Source of the DNA: Escherichia coli
GTDB taxonomy: Bacteria > Pseudomonadota > Gammaproteobacteria > Enterobacterales > Enterobacteriaceae
Assembly: GCF_002854065.1 (NCBI RefSeq)
Contig: NZ_CP024147.1
Strand: one strand, 5' to 3'
Length of the DNA stretch: 64,000 nucleotides
The notes under the pieces were generated by a model. The model was not told the DNA's origin and did no database searches. It was given only the letters and a program-made list of their open reading frames with translations. A program made the position numbers and the translations under genes. Shown here piece by piece: positions 1 through 22,558 of the stretch. Within the stretch, counting starts at the first letter, position 1. Each line of letters begins with the position of its first letter.

Positions 1-849
<849 letters not shown>

Positions 850-934
850 CCTTAAAGAAGCGTTCTTTGCAGTGCTCACACAGATTGTCTGATAGAAAGT
901 GAAAAGCAAGGCGTCTTGCGAAGCAGACTGATAC

Positions 935-1010
935 GTCCCCTTCGTCTAGAGGCCCAGGACACCGCCCTTTCACGGCGGTAACAGGGGTTCGAATCCCCTA
1001 GGGGACGCCA
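935..1010 (+). tRNA. gltV: tRNA-Glu (anticodon UUC) in the 16S-23S spacer
   Basis: GTCCCCTTCGTCTAGAGGCCCAGGACACCGCCCTTTCACGGCGGTAACAGGGGTTCGAATCCCCTAGGGGACGCCA, 76 nt cloverleaf with CCA end. Confidence 0.95.
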
Positions 1011-1203
1011 CTTGCTGGTTTGTGAGTGAAAGTCGCCGACCTTAATATCTCAAAACTCATCTTCGGGTGATGTTTGAGATATTTGCTCTTTAAAAATCTG
1101 GATCAAGCTGAAAATTGAAACACTGAACAACGAAAGTTGTTCGTGAGTCTCTCAAATTTTCGCAACACGATGATGAGTCGCAAGAAACATCTTCGGGTTG
1201 TGA

Positions 1204-4106
<2,903 letters not shown>

Positions 4107-4199
4107 ACAACGCCGAAGATGTTTTGGCGGATTGAGAGAAGATTTTCAGCCTGATACAGATTAAATCAGAACGCAGAAGCGGTCTGATAAAACAGAATT

Positions 4200-4319
4200 T
4201 GCCTGGCGGCCGTAGCGCGGTGGTCCCACCTGACCCCATGCCGAACTCAGAAGTGAAACGCCGTAGCGCCGATGGTAGTGTGGGGTCTCCCCATGCGAGA
4301 GTAGGGAACTGCCAGGCAT
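4200..4319 (+). rRNA. rrfE: 5S ribosomal RNA
   Basis: TGCCTGGCGGCCGTAGCGCGGTGGTCCCACCTGACCCCATGCCGAACTCAG...GGGAACTGCCAGGCAT, 120 nt. Confidence 0.95.
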
Positions 4320-4333
4320 CAAATAAAACGAAA

Positions 4334-4358
4334 GGCCATCCTGACGGATGGCCTTTTT
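4334..4358 (+). terminator. rrn operon rho-independent terminator (T1-like)
   Basis: GGCCATCC-TGAC-GGATGGCC hairpin followed by TTTTT just after the 5S gene. Confidence 0.75.
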
Positions 4359-4433
4359 GCGTTGGTGCAAAAAAATGCCGGATGCGACGCTGGCGCGTTT
4401 TATCCAGCTTACGCAGGCACGATAGGGGGCAGC

Positions 4434-4877
4434 TTATTCCCCCACATACGCCAGATTCAGCAACGGATACGGTTTCCCCAAATCGTCCACCTCAGAGCGT
4501 CCCGTAACCTTAAAACACACCTTCTTATAGAACCCAACCGCCTGCTCATTTTGCTCATTAACGTTGGTTGTCAGTTCCGGTGCCATCGAGAGCGCATGCT
4601 CCACCAGCATCCGACCCACGCCGCAGCCGCACACATCAGGATCGATAAACAGCGCATCCATATGCTGCCCACTTAACAACATAAACCCAACCGGCTGATC
4701 CCGTTCATTAACCGCGACCCACAACGGTGCTTCCGGCAGAAAGGAACGAACCAGCTCTTCCAGCTCGGCCCGATACTCTGCTGATAAAAAATCGTGGGTG
4801 GCATCGACAGATCGACACCAAATCGCAACGAGTTCCTCCCCTTCCTCATGCCGTGAGCGGCGAATACTAATAACCAT
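4434..4877 (-). CDS. yjaB: GNAT family N-acetyltransferase YjaB
   Basis: 147 aa ORF; protein recognised as YjaB; position after rrn operon and before metA. Confidence 0.9.
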   Translation of the reverse strand: MVISIRRSRHEEGEELVAIWCRSVDATHDFLSAEYRAELEELVRSFLPEAPLWVAVNERDQPVGFMLLSGQHMDALFIDPDVCGCGVGRMLVEHALSMAPELTTNVNEQNEQAVGFYKKVCFKVTGRSEVDDLGKPYPLLNLAYVGE

Positions 4878-4990
4878 TTTCTCTCCTTTTAGTCATTCTT
4901 ATATTCTAACGTAGTCTTTTCCTTGAAACTTTCTCACCTTCAACATGCAGGCTCGACATTGGCAAATTTTCTGGTTATCTTCAGCTATCT

Positions 4991-5014
4991 GGATGTCTAA
5001 ACGTATAAGCGTAT
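4991..5014 (+). promoter_or_regulatory. Probable MetJ operator (met boxes) in the metA promoter region
   Basis: GGATGTCTAAACGTATAAGCGTAT: tandem 8-bp units resembling the AGACGTCT met-box consensus, ~20 bp upstream of metA. Confidence 0.5.
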
Positions 5015-5033
5015 GTAGTGAGGTAATCAGGTT

Positions 5034-5963
5034 ATGCCGATTCGTGTGCCGGACGAGCTACCCGCCGTCAATTTCTTGCGTGAAGAAAACGTCTTTGTGA
5101 TGACAACTTCTCGTGCGTCTGGTCAGGAAATTCGTCCGCTAAAGGTGCTTATCCTTAACCTGATGCCGAAGAAGATCGAAACTGAAAATCAGTTTCTGCG
5201 CCTGCTTTCAAACTCACCTTTGCAGGTCGATATTCAGCTGTTGCGCATCGATGCCCGTGAATCGCGCAACACGCCCGCAGAGCATCTGAACAACTTCTAC
5301 TGTAACTTTGAAGATATTCAGGATCAGAACTTTGACGGTTTGATTGTAACTGGTGCGCCGCTGGGCCTGGTGGAGTTTAATGATGTCGCTTACTGGCCGC
5401 AGATCAAACAGGTGCTGGAGTGGTCGAAAGATCACGTCACCTCGACGCTGTTTGTCTGCTGGGCGGTACAGGCCGCGCTCAATATCCTCTACGGCATTCC
5501 TAAGCAAACTCGCACCGACAAACTCTCTGGCGTTTACGAGCATCATATTCTCCATCCTCATGCGCTTCTGACGCGTGGCTTTGATGATTCATTCCTGGCA
5601 CCACATTCGCGCTATGCTGACTTTCCGGCAGCGTTGATTCGTGATTATACCGATCTGGAAATTCTGGCAGAGACGGAAGAAGGGGATGCATATCTGTTTG
5701 CCAGCAAAGATAAGCGCATTGCCTTTGTGACGGGCCATCCCGAATATGATGCGCAAACGCTGGCGCAGGAATATTTCCGCGATGTGGAAGCCGGACTAAA
5801 ACCGGATGTACCGTATAACTATTTTCCGCACAACGATCCGCAAAACAAACCGCGAGCGAGCTGGCGTAGTCACGGTAATTTGCTATTTACCAACTGGCTC
5901 AACTATTACGTCTACCAGATCACGCCATACGATCTACGGCACATGAATCCAACGCTGGATTAA
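5034..5963 (+). CDS. metA: Homoserine O-succinyltransferase
   Basis: 309 aa, [23 protein letters not shown]...; recognised MetA. Confidence 0.95.
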   Translation: MPIRVPDELPAVNFLREENVFVMTTSRASGQEIRPLKVLILNLMPKKIETENQFLRLLSNSPLQVDIQLLRIDARESRNTPAEHLNNFYCNFEDIQDQNFDGLIVTGAPLGLVEFNDVAYWPQIKQVLEWSKDHVTSTLFVCWAVQAALNILYGIPKQTRTDKLSGVYEHHILHPHALLTRGFDDSFLAPHSRYADFPAALIRDYTDLEILAETEEGDAYLFASKDKRIAFVTGHPEYDAQTLAQEYFRDVEAGLKPDVPYNYFPHNDPQNKPRASWRSHGNLLFTNWLNYYVYQITPYDLRHMNPTLD

Positions 5964-6007
5964 TCTTCTGTGATAGTCGATCGTTAAGCGATTCAGCACC
6001 TTACCTC

Positions 6008-6031
6008 AGGCACCTTCGGGTGCCTTTTTTA
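6008..6031 (+). terminator. Rho-independent terminator after metA
   Basis: AGGCACC-TTCG-GGTGCCT hairpin followed by TTTTTT. Confidence 0.7.
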
Positions 6032-6231
6032 TTTCCGAAACACACCTCAGTAGGTGAATAAATTTTATTCATATTGTTATCAATAAGTTATCAAGTATTT
6101 TTAATTAAAATGGAAATTGTTTTTGATTTTGCATTTTAAATGAGTAGTCTTAGTTGTGCTGAACGAAAAGCGCACAACGATCCTTCGTTCACAGTGGGGA
6201 AGTTTTCGGATCCATGACGAGGAGCTGCACG

Positions 6232-7833
6232 ATGACTGAACAGGTAACAACAACCGATGAACTGGCTTTCACAAGGCCGTATGGCGAGCAGGAGAAGCAA
6301 ATTCTTACTGCCGAAGCGGTAGAATTTCTGACTGAGCTGGTGACGCATTTTACGCCACAACGCAATAAACTTCTGGCAGCGCGCATTCAGCAGCAGCAAG
6401 ATATTGATAACGGAACGTTGCCTGATTTTATTTCGGAAACAGCTTCCATTCGCGATACAGACTGGAAAATTCGTGGTATTCCCGCGGACTTACAAGATCG
6501 TCGAGTCGAGATAACTGGCCCGGTTGAGCGCAAGATGGTGATCAACGCACTGAACGCCAATGTGAAAGTCTTTATGGCCGATTTCGAAGATTCACTGGCA
6601 CCAGACTGGAACAAAGTGATCGACGGGCAAATTAACCTGCGCGATGCGGTTAACGGCACCATCAGTTACACGAATGAAGCAGGCAAAATTTACCAGCTCA
6701 AGCCCAATCCAGCGGTTTTGATTTGTCGGGTACGCGGTCTGCACTTGCCGGAAAAACATGTCACCTGGCGTGGTGAGGCAATCCCCGGTAGCCTGTTTGA
6801 TTTTGCGCTCTATTTCTTCCACAACTATCAGGCACTGTTGGCAAAGGGCAGCGGTCCCTATTTCTATCTGCCGAAAACCCAGTCCTGGCAGGAAGCGGCC
6901 TGGTGGAGAGAAGTCTTCAGCTATGCAGAAGATCGCTTTAATCTGCCGCGCGGCACCATCAAGGCGACGTTGCTGATTGAAACGCTGCCCGCCGTGTTCC
7001 AGATGGACGAAATCCTTCACGCACTGCGTGACCATATTGTTGGTCTGAACTGCGGTCGTTGGGATTACATCTTCAGCTATATCAAAACGTTGAAAAACTA
7101 TCCCGATCGCGTCCTGCCAGACAGACAGGCAGTGACGATGGATAAACCCTTCCTGAATGCTTACTCACGCCTGTTGATTAAAACCTGCCATAAACGTGGT
7201 GCTTTTGCGATGGGCGGCATGGCGGCGTTTATTCCGAGCAAAGATGAAGAGCGCAATAACCAGGTGCTCAACAAAGTAAAAGCGGATAAATCGCTGGAAG
7301 CCAATAACGGTCACGATGGCACATGGATCGCTCACCCAGGCCTTGCGGACACGGCAATGGCGGTATTCAACGACATTCTCGGCTCCCGTAAAAATCAGCT
7401 TGAAGTGATGCGCGAACAAGACGCGCCGATTACTGCCGATCAGCTGCTGGCACCTTGTGATGGTGAACGCACCGAAGAAGGTATGCGCGCCAACATTCGC
7501 GTGGCTGTGCAGTACATCGAAGCATGGATCTCCGGCAACGGCTGCGTGCCGATTTATGGCCTGATGGAAGATGCGGCGACGGCTGAAATTTCCCGTACCT
7601 CAATCTGGCAGTGGATCCATCATCAAAAAACGTTGAGCAATGGCAAACCGGTGACCAAAGCCTTGTTCCGCCAGATGCTGGGCGAAGAGATGAAAGTCAT
7701 TGCCAGCGAACTGGGCGAAGAACGTTTCTCCCAGGGGCGTTTTGACGATGCCGCACGCTTGATGGAACAGATCACCACTTCCGATGAGTTAATTGATTTC
7801 CTGACCCTGCCAGGCTACCGCCTGTTAGCGTAA
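6232..7833 (+). CDS. aceB: Malate synthase A
   Basis: ORF 6214..7833; known protein starts [13 protein letters not shown] at the internal ATG (6232); 533 aa. Confidence 0.95.
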   Translation: MTEQVTTTDELAFTRPYGEQEKQILTAEAVEFLTELVTHFTPQRNKLLAARIQQQQDIDNGTLPDFISETASIRDTDWKIRGIPADLQDRRVEITGPVERKMVINALNANVKVFMADFEDSLAPDWNKVIDGQINLRDAVNGTISYTNEAGKIYQLKPNPAVLICRVRGLHLPEKHVTWRGEAIPGSLFDFALYFFHNYQALLAKGSGPYFYLPKTQSWQEAAWWREVFSYAEDRFNLPRGTIKATLLIETLPAVFQMDEILHALRDHIVGLNCGRWDYIFSYIKTLKNYPDRVLPDRQAVTMDKPFLNAYSRLLIKTCHKRGAFAMGGMAAFIPSKDEERNNQVLNKVKADKSLEANNGHDGTWIAHPGLADTAMAVFNDILGSRKNQLEVMREQDAPITADQLLAPCDGERTEEGMRANIRVAVQYIEAWISGNGCVPIYGLMEDAATAEISRTSIWQWIHHQKTLSNGKPVTKALFRQMLGEEMKVIASELGEERFSQGRFDDAARLMEQITTSDELIDFLTLPGYRLLA

Positions 7834-7862
7834 ACCACCACATAACTATGGAGCATCTGCAC

Positions 7863-9167
7863 ATGAAAACCCGTACACAACAAATTGAAGAATTACAGAA
7901 AGAGTGGACTCAACCGCGTTGGGAAGGCATTACTCGCCCATACAGCGCGGAAGATGTGGTGAAATTACGCGGTTCAGTCAATCCTGAATGCACGCTGGCG
8001 CAACTGGGCGCGGCGAAAATGTGGCGTCTGCTGCATGGCGAGTCGAAAAAAGGCTACATCAACAGCCTCGGTGCACTGACTGGCGGTCAGGCGCTGCAAC
8101 AGGCGAAAGCGGGTATTGAAGCAGTCTATCTGTCGGGATGGCAGGTAGCGGCGGACGCTAACCTGGCGGCCAGCATGTATCCGGATCAGTCGCTCTACCC
8201 GGCGAACTCGGTGCCAGCGGTGGTGGAGCGGATCAACAACACCTTCCGTCGTGCCGATCAGATCCAATGGTCCGCGGGCATTGAGCCGGGCGATCCGCGC
8301 TATGTCGATTACTTCCTGCCGATCGTTGCCGACGCGGAAGCCGGTTTTGGCGGTGTCCTGAATGCCTTTGAACTGATGAAAGCGATGATTGAAGCCGGTG
8401 CAGCGGCAGTTCACTTCGAAGATCAGCTGGCGTCAGTGAAGAAATGCGGTCACATGGGCGGCAAAGTTTTGGTGCCAACTCAGGAAGCTATTCAGAAACT
8501 GGTCGCGGCGCGTCTGGCAGCTGACGTGACGGGCGTTCCAACCCTGCTGGTTGCACGTACCGATGCTGATGCGGCGGATCTGATTACCTCCGATTGTGAC
8601 CCGTATGACAGCGAATTTATTACCGGCGAGCGTACCAGTGAAGGCTTCTTCCGTACTCATGCGGGCATTGAGCAAGCGATCAGCCGTGGCCTGGCGTATG
8701 CGCCATATGCTGACCTGGTATGGTGTGAAACCTCCACGCCGGATCTGGAACTGGCGCGTCGCTTTGCACAAGCCATCCACGCGAAATATCCGGGCAAACT
8801 GCTGGCTTATAACTGCTCGCCGTCGTTCAACTGGCAGAAAAACCTCGACGACAACACTATTGCCAGCTTCCAGCAGCAGCTGTCGGATATGGGCTACAAG
8901 TTCCAGTTCATCACCCTGGCAGGTATTCACAGCATGTGGTTCAACATGTTTGACCTGGCAAACGCCTATGCCCAAGGCGAGGGTATGAAGCACTATGTTG
9001 AGAAAGTGCAGCAGCCGGAATTTGCCGCCGCGAAAGATGGCTATACCTTCGTATCTCACCAGCAGGAAGTGGGTACAGGTTACTTCGATAAAGTGACGAC
9101 TATTATTCAGGGCGGCACGTCGTCGGTTACCGCACTGACGGGGTCCACTGAAGAATCGCAGTTCTAA
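7863..9167 (+). CDS. aceA: Isocitrate lyase
   Basis: ORF 7848..9167; known start [15 protein letters not shown]; 434 aa; conserved KKCGH active-site motif present. Confidence 0.95.
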   Translation: MKTRTQQIEELQKEWTQPRWEGITRPYSAEDVVKLRGSVNPECTLAQLGAAKMWRLLHGESKKGYINSLGALTGGQALQQAKAGIEAVYLSGWQVAADANLAASMYPDQSLYPANSVPAVVERINNTFRRADQIQWSAGIEPGDPRYVDYFLPIVADAEAGFGGVLNAFELMKAMIEAGAAAVHFEDQLASVKKCGHMGGKVLVPTQEAIQKLVAARLAADVTGVPTLLVARTDADAADLITSDCDPYDSEFITGERTSEGFFRTHAGIEQAISRGLAYAPYADLVWCETSTPDLELARRFAQAIHAKYPGKLLAYNCSPSFNWQKNLDDNTIASFQQQLSDMGYKFQFITLAGIHSMWFNMFDLANAYAQGEGMKHYVEKVQQPEFAAAKDGYTFVSHQQEVGTGYFDKVTTIIQGGTSSVTALTGSTEESQF

Positions 9168-9190
9168 GCAACCTACAAACGTTGCTGACT

Positions 9191-9323
9191 GTAGGCCGGA
9201 TAAGGCATTTACGCCGCATCCGGCAATCGGTGCACGATGCCTGATGCGACGCTTGCGCGTCTTATCATGCCTACAACCGTTGCCGAACGTAGGCTGGATA
9301 AGGCGTTTACGCCGCATCCGGCA
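9191..9323. repeat. REP/BIME cluster in the aceA-aceK intergenic region
   Basis: Three REP units (GTAGGCCGGATAAGGCATTTACGCCGCATCCGGCA and inverted copies). Confidence 0.8.
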
Positions 9324-9350
9324 ATTCTCTGCTCCTGATGAGGGCGCTAA

Positions 9351-13242
<3,892 letters not shown>

Positions 13243-13558
13243 TTAAATATCTCATTGTTTATTGATGTCTTGAATTTTAACTATCAGAACAGTGAAAAAA
13301 TTTAATATGATAACAAGTAAAGAAATATCATAAATCGCTCAATCTCATAATGCAGCCGTAAAAGTTTCGGTGGAATGAGATCTTGCGATTTTGTTAATAA
13401 TTAAGTGGTTTGATGTTTAAAAATAATGCTGAGTTAATAAAAGTGTGTGAAGTGTATGACAATAAGTTATTTTGGCGTCAATGCGATTAACAGACACCCT
13501 TATTCTATTGCCACTCAGGTATGACGGGCAGAATATTGCCTCTGCCCGCCAGAAAAAG

Positions 13559-14383
13559 TCAGCGCATTCCACCGTACGCCAGCGTCACTTCCTTCGCCGC
13601 TTTAATCACCATCGCGCCAAACTCGGTCACGCGGTCATCGGTAATACGTGAAATCGGTCCGGAAATAGAAATTGCGGCAAACGGTTCACGGTGCTCATCG
13701 AAAATACACGCTGCAAGGCAACGTAGCCCCAGCGCATGTTCCTCATCGTCAAATGAATAACCCCGTTTGCGCGTTTGGGCGAGATCTTCTTTTAAATGCA
13801 CAGGCGACACCAGCGTTGCGTGGGTATAGGCATGTAACCCTTTGCGGTGCAGCAGCTTCGTCACCTGTTCTTCGCTCAGTTGGGCTAAAAAGGCTTTACC
13901 CGCACCGGAAGCGTGCATCGGCAATTTACCGCCGATAGGCGCGGACATTCGCATCAGGTGGGTACACTGTACCTGGTCGATAATAATCGCTTCGTGATCG
14001 CTTTGATCAAGCACCGCCATATTGACCGTTTCGCCAGACTCTTCCATTAGATTGCGCAGGATAGGGTGAACAATTGCTAACAAATTACGGCTCTGGAGAA
14101 AGCTGCTGCCGACCATAAAGGCATGTGCGCCGATTGCCCAGTGTCCCAGTTCGCCAACCTGACGCACGAAACCCTGCTGTTGCATCGTGGTTAGCAGGCG
14201 GTGGGTCGTGGAATTGGGTAACCCGGCTTGTTGCGCCAGCTCTGTGAGTGCCACACTGCCATTGGATTCGGCAATCCACTCCAGTAATTTCAGGCCACGC
14301 GTTAAAGACTGAACCTGTCCAGTCGCTGGTGCGGTGGCAACGGCGGGTTTTCTGCCGCGTTTCGCGGGAATGGGTGCGACCAT
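13559..14383 (-). CDS. iclR: Transcriptional repressor of the aceBAK operon (IclR family)
   Basis: ORF 13559..14422; known protein starts MVAPIPAKRGRKPAV at an internal ATG; 274 aa. Confidence 0.93.
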   Translation of the reverse strand: MVAPIPAKRGRKPAVATAPATGQVQSLTRGLKLLEWIAESNGSVALTELAQQAGLPNSTTHRLLTTMQQQGFVRQVGELGHWAIGAHAFMVGSSFLQSRNLLAIVHPILRNLMEESGETVNMAVLDQSDHEAIIIDQVQCTHLMRMSAPIGGKLPMHASGAGKAFLAQLSEEQVTKLLHRKGLHAYTHATLVSPVHLKEDLAQTRKRGYSFDDEEHALGLRCLAACIFDEHREPFAAISISGPISRITDDRVTEFGAMVIKAAKEVTLAYGGMR

Positions 14384-14582
14384 GACAGTCTCCTTTTTCT
14401 GTATCGTGGAAATCATTTTCATTTTTATTGTTAGCTAATGCAATAGTTGCTGAACTGATCCGATGAGTTAATGTTGAACAAATCTCATGTTGCGTGGTGG
14501 TCGCTTTTACCACAGATGCGTTTATGCCAGTATGGTTTGTTGAATTTTTATTAAATCTGGGTTGAGCGTGTCGGGAGCAAGT

Positions 14583-18266
<3,684 letters not shown>

Positions 18267-18298
18267 TTCACAAATCTGTCACTTTTCCTTACAACAAA

Positions 18299-18331
18299 CA
18301 GGGCGCTCAATGAGTGCCCTGTCTCTTTATT
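18299..18331 (+). terminator. Rho-independent terminator after metH
   Basis: AGGGCGCTCAATGAGTGCCCT hairpin followed by a T-rich run. Confidence 0.65.
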
Positions 18332-18485
18332 AATATGAAACACTTATACTGGAAACAGGCTGGAATAATCTTAGCCGGAAAAACGAATGTCAAAAGGCAC
18401 AGTAAAGATGCCAGTCAGCGTGTTTCCGGTCCTTTGGTCATTCAATTGCTTCAGGAACATATAACGATAAGGAGAACCTGAACTC

Positions 18486-20117
18486 GTGTTAACGCTGCTT
18501 CACCTGCTTTCTGCCGTCGCCCTGCTGGTCTGGGGGACTCATATTGTTCGAACCGGCGTAATGCGCGTCTTCGGCGCGCGTTTGCGTACTGTCCTTAGCC
18601 GGAGCGTCGAAAAAAAGCCGCTCGCCTTTTGCGCGGGGATCGGCGTTACCGCACTGGTGCAGAGCAGTAATGCCACCACCATGCTGGTGACCTCGTTTGT
18701 CGCTCAGGATCTGGTAGCCCTCGCACCGGCTCTGGTGATTGTGCTGGGTGCAGATGTCGGGACGGCGCTAATGGCGCGTATTCTCACCTTCGACTTATCC
18801 TGGCTGTCACCGTTACTTATTTTTATCGGCGTGATTTTTTTCCTCGGACGCAAACAGTCACGCGCCGGGCAACTGGGCCGCGTCGGTATTGGTCTTGGGC
18901 TGATTTTGCTGGCGCTGGAGTTGATTGTGCAGGCCGTAACGCCGATCACCCAGGCAAACGGCGTTCAGGTAATCTTTGCCTCGCTGACCGGCGATATTCT
19001 GCTGGATGCGCTGATTGGCGCGATGTTCGCCATTATCAGCTACTCCAGCCTTGCTGCTGTACTGCTGACTGCGACTCTGACCGCCGCAGGCATTATCTCC
19101 TTCCCCGTGGCGCTCTGTCTGGTGATTGGTGCTAACCTCGGTTCCGGCCTGCTGGCGATGCTCAACAACAGTGCCGCCAATGCCGCAGCCCGCCGTGTCG
19201 CGCTGGGTAGTTTGCTGTTTAAGCTGGTGGGTAGCCTGATTATCCTGCCGTTTGTCCATTTGCTGGCAGAGACAATGGGGAAGTTGTCATTGCCAAAAGC
19301 GGAACTGGTGATCTATTTCCACGTCTTCTACAACCTTGTACGTTGCCTGGTCATGCTGCCATTTGTTGACCCGATGGCACGGTTTTGCAAAACGATTATT
19401 CGCGATGAACCGGAACTGGATACCCAGCTACGGCCCAAACATCTGGATGTCAGCGCGCTGGATACGCCCACGCTTGCTCTGGCGAACGCCGCGCGCGAAA
19501 CCCTGCGCATTGGCGACGCCATGGAACAGATGATGGAAGGGCTGAATAAAGTGATGCACGGCGAGCCACGGCAGGAGAAAGAGCTGCGTAAGCTGGCAGA
19601 TGATATCAACGTTCTCTATACCGCCATTAAGCTGTATCTGGCGCGGATGCCAAAAGAAGAGCTGGCGGAGGAAGAGTCGCGCCGCTGGGCGGAGATCATC
19701 GAAATGTCGCTCAACCTTGAACAGGCCTCCGATATCGTCGAGCGCATGGGGAGCGAAATTGCCGATAAATCGCTGGCAGCACGGCGGGCATTTTCGCTTG
19801 ATGGCTTGAAGGAACTGGATGCGCTCTATGAGCAATTGCTCAGTAATTTAAAACTGGCAATGTCGGTTTTCTTCTCTGGTGATGTTACCAGCGCCCGTCG
19901 TTTGCGCCGCAGCAAGCATCGCTTTCGCATTCTTAATCGCCGCTATTCCCACGCCCACGTCGATCGCCTGCATCAGCAAAACGTGCAGAGCATTGAAACC
20001 AGTTCGCTACATTTAGGCTTACTGGGAGATATGCAGCGTCTGAACTCGCTGTTTTGTTCGGTGGCTTACAGTGTGCTGGAACAGCCGGATGAAGATGAAG
20101 GACGGGACGAGTATTAA
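18486..20117 (+). CDS. yjbB: Na+/phosphate symporter family inner-membrane protein YjbB
   Basis: 543 aa, GTG start, multiple TM segments plus C-terminal PhoU-like region. Confidence 0.9.
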   Translation: MLTLLHLLSAVALLVWGTHIVRTGVMRVFGARLRTVLSRSVEKKPLAFCAGIGVTALVQSSNATTMLVTSFVAQDLVALAPALVIVLGADVGTALMARILTFDLSWLSPLLIFIGVIFFLGRKQSRAGQLGRVGIGLGLILLALELIVQAVTPITQANGVQVIFASLTGDILLDALIGAMFAIISYSSLAAVLLTATLTAAGIISFPVALCLVIGANLGSGLLAMLNNSAANAAARRVALGSLLFKLVGSLIILPFVHLLAETMGKLSLPKAELVIYFHVFYNLVRCLVMLPFVDPMARFCKTIIRDEPELDTQLRPKHLDVSALDTPTLALANAARETLRIGDAMEQMMEGLNKVMHGEPRQEKELRKLADDINVLYTAIKLYLARMPKEELAEEESRRWAEIIEMSLNLEQASDIVERMGSEIADKSLAARRAFSLDGLKELDALYEQLLSNLKLAMSVFFSGDVTSARRLRRSKHRFRILNRRYSHAHVDRLHQQNVQSIETSSLHLGLLGDMQRLNSLFCSVAYSVLEQPDEDEGRDEY

Positions 20118-20120
20118 TAC

Positions 20121-20203
20121 CGTGACCCTGTAGGCCTGATAAGACGCGTAAAGCGTCGCATCAGGCACTATGAACAAGATGCCGGATCATGCATCCGGCA
20201 ATT
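20121..20203. repeat. REP elements between yjbB and pepE
   Basis: CCTGTAGGCCTGATAAGACGCGTAAAGCGTCGCATCAGGCA ... GCCGGATCATGCATCCGGCA. Confidence 0.7.
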
Positions 20204-20206
20204 CAC

Positions 20207-20896
20207 TTAAAAACGGTGACCCGCTTCCAGCGGAACCGCTTCTTCACCGGCCTTAAACACATAGGTGGTGTTCGGGCCACCCAGCGTTGCGTGACCTTTA
20301 CTCACTGTGATCCAGTTACCTTCCGGTAGACCAATAATCGTCAGTTCTGGCGCGACGACCAGCAGTTCGCGAATACGCTGTTCACGGGTTTCACCTTTAT
20401 GGCCTTCCGGCAGCGCGTTGGTGAAGTGCGGGTTGATTTGCAACGGGAACAGATTCAGCGCATCGAAACCTTGCGGATCGACAATCGGCATATCGTTGGT
20501 GGTACGAATGGTTGGGCAAGCAAGGTTAGCGCCTGCGCTCCAGCCAATATACAGTGCGCCACGTTTAACCACGTCAGTAATTGGTGCCAGCAGCCCGCGC
20601 TCGCGGCACTGTTTCAGCAACTGGAAAGTATTACCGCCGCCGACAATCACGATCTCAGCATTTTCAATCGCGGCAACGGGATCGACAACGCTATGAATAC
20701 CGGTGACAGAAACACCCAGCGGAGCGAGAACCGCAGCCGTTTTCTCTGTGTAATCATCCCAGGTCTGCGTTACGCCAGCGAAAGGGATAAACACCGCTGA
20801 GCGGCGACCCTGCAACTGTTCAGCAATTAGCGGCAGTGCATGTTCCAGCCAGGCTTTACCCGGCAGCGTCGAGTTACTCAATAAAAGCAGTTCCAT
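20207..20896 (-). CDS. pepE: Alpha-aspartyl dipeptidase (peptidase E)
   Basis: 229 aa, [28 protein letters not shown]... Confidence 0.93.
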   Translation of the reverse strand: MELLLLSNSTLPGKAWLEHALPLIAEQLQGRRSAVFIPFAGVTQTWDDYTEKTAAVLAPLGVSVTGIHSVVDPVAAIENAEIVIVGGGNTFQLLKQCRERGLLAPITDVVKRGALYIGWSAGANLACPTIRTTNDMPIVDPQGFDALNLFPLQINPHFTNALPEGHKGETREQRIRELLVVAPELTIIGLPEGNWITVSKGHATLGGPNTTYVFKAGEEAVPLEAGHRF

Positions 20897-21277
20897 TACT
20901 TCTCCGGTTAGTAAGAAATCACGGAAGGAATGCTACCACTGCGAATTTAACCACTTACTGACATGGCTCACGATGTCACGTATTGCACAGGCGCTGAGAC
21001 TGATGACAAACACAGCATTGCCTGATGCGCTACGCTTACCTGGCCTACCAGATAACTGCAATATATTGAATTTTCAAAATTATGTAGGCCGAATAAGGCT
21101 TTATTCCGCATCCGGCATAAACAATGTGTACTTTGCCACCAATTTGAGCGCCCCTTAAGGCGCTGATGTTTTTTTATCCTTCTCGTGCACATTGGGCCGC
21201 TTCAGCAATCAGCCGCACATCAGGTCGCGAAGTTGCCGCGGCGACCAGCCAGCGACATGCAGAGTTAAGTAGCGCGA

Positions 21278-22519
21278 TTAATCATGGGAAATTGCCTCTG
21301 CATGAGTGAGCAGATATTGCTCCGCCTCACCGGACCAGATCCCCTGATGACGCGCCAGAATCGCCGCCAGTGCTTGATCCTGAATCTGCGTGAGTGACGT
21401 CAGCGGCAGGTATTTCCCGGTATACACCAGCTTTTTGCCGCCGCCGACGGCAGGCAATTCAAGCGTGGTTTCGCCCGCGGCATTCAGCCCAAGAATATGT
21501 GTTACCACTTTTGCGGCCTGCACTTTTTTCTCTTCGATCAGTTTGACCGCCGCGCGCATGTCGTCGGTATTGCCGCCTGACGTGCCCACGTAGTGGGTAA
21601 ATGCATAATGCACATCGTAGAAATTAATTGGCGCGCTGAAATGTTTATCCTGCGGTCCGGCGAAGAAATTCAGGCAACCATCTGTCGCCAGCAAGGAAGA
21701 GGCGAGAGTCACCAGTCCTTCATTAGGCACAAAGACGAAAATATCATCGAAGCCGTGACCGCCACTCAGCGCCATTAGCGTATCAAATGCTGCATCGGTG
21801 GCATTGAGATAATGAATCAGTGTTTGCGATTCTGATGGATAGTGCTTGCGCGCATAACTCAATTTATCGTTGTCGGTATCGGTAATGACGAGCAGCGACG
21901 GGTTAACGGGTCCATGCAGCGCATAATCAATCGCCAACAGTCCCATTGGTCCGGTGCCGCCGAGGATCAGCGTGCGCCCTTGCGGGCGAATCCCCATCGT
22001 GTGGTTATAACTACCTTCCTGAAGATGATAGTTGGCGTTGAACGCGCCAATCACGCAGGAAAGCGGTTCAACCAGCGAGCCTTCAAAATAGGTTTCGCCG
22101 TCGTATGCCAGCAGGCAATCTTGTTCCATGACCTCGTTGGGAATAACCACATGCGTGGCTTCGCCGCCTACCCACGGGAAGGAGTAGCCGGGGCAGTCCG
22201 GGCGGTCGGGGAGTTGCAGGTTGGCCTGAATCACATAACGCTGACCCGGCTGGAATTTGTGCTGCCACTTTTTACCCACGGCCAGAATATCGCCGCAAAA
22301 CTCGTGGCCGATGATGATTGGGTTGGTCGCCACATCGTCGGGTACTTTTTTATGGTTTTCACCCAGGTTGGCCTCTTTCCAGGAAGAGAGGCACAGGCTG
22401 TCAGTGACCACCGTCGCGAGGATTTCTTCCTCCTGCATTTCAGGAAGGTCAAAGGTTTCCAGGCGTAAATCACGTTTACCATAAAGACGCAGAGCTGTTG
22501 TTTTCATAAACCACCTCAT
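21278..22519 (-). CDS. sorE: Zn-dependent dehydrogenase, probable L-sorbose-1-phosphate reductase
   Basis: 413 aa (true start may be MKTTALRL, 4 codons in); MDR-family dehydrogenase fold; last gene of a sor-type operon. Confidence 0.8.
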   Translation of the reverse strand: MRWFMKTTALRLYGKRDLRLETFDLPEMQEEEILATVVTDSLCLSSWKEANLGENHKKVPDDVATNPIIIGHEFCGDILAVGKKWQHKFQPGQRYVIQANLQLPDRPDCPGYSFPWVGGEATHVVIPNEVMEQDCLLAYDGETYFEGSLVEPLSCVIGAFNANYHLQEGSYNHTMGIRPQGRTLILGGTGPMGLLAIDYALHGPVNPSLLVITDTDNDKLSYARKHYPSESQTLIHYLNATDAAFDTLMALSGGHGFDDIFVFVPNEGLVTLASSLLATDGCLNFFAGPQDKHFSAPINFYDVHYAFTHYVGTSGGNTDDMRAAVKLIEEKKVQAAKVVTHILGLNAAGETTLELPAVGGGKKLVYTGKYLPLTSLTQIQDQALAAILARHQGIWSGEAEQYLLTHAEAISHD

Positions 22520-22558
22520 GTTGAGCGATGGCCCCGGCAGTCGTGCCGGGGCGAAGAA

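Noticed and set aside
4362-4676. 104-aa plus-strand ORF next to the 5S gene, a possible candidate for yjaA
   Set aside because: It is antisense to and overlaps yjaB; no independent gene fits the ~75 bp between rrn terminator and yjaB.
8433-9317. 294-aa minus-strand ORF
   Set aside because: Antisense to aceA, whose identity is unambiguous; long antisense frames are common in GC-rich genes.
20973-21158. 61-aa ORF in the pepE-sorE intergenic region
   Set aside because: It overlaps REP-like sequence, has no RBS, and is more likely a non-coding junction.
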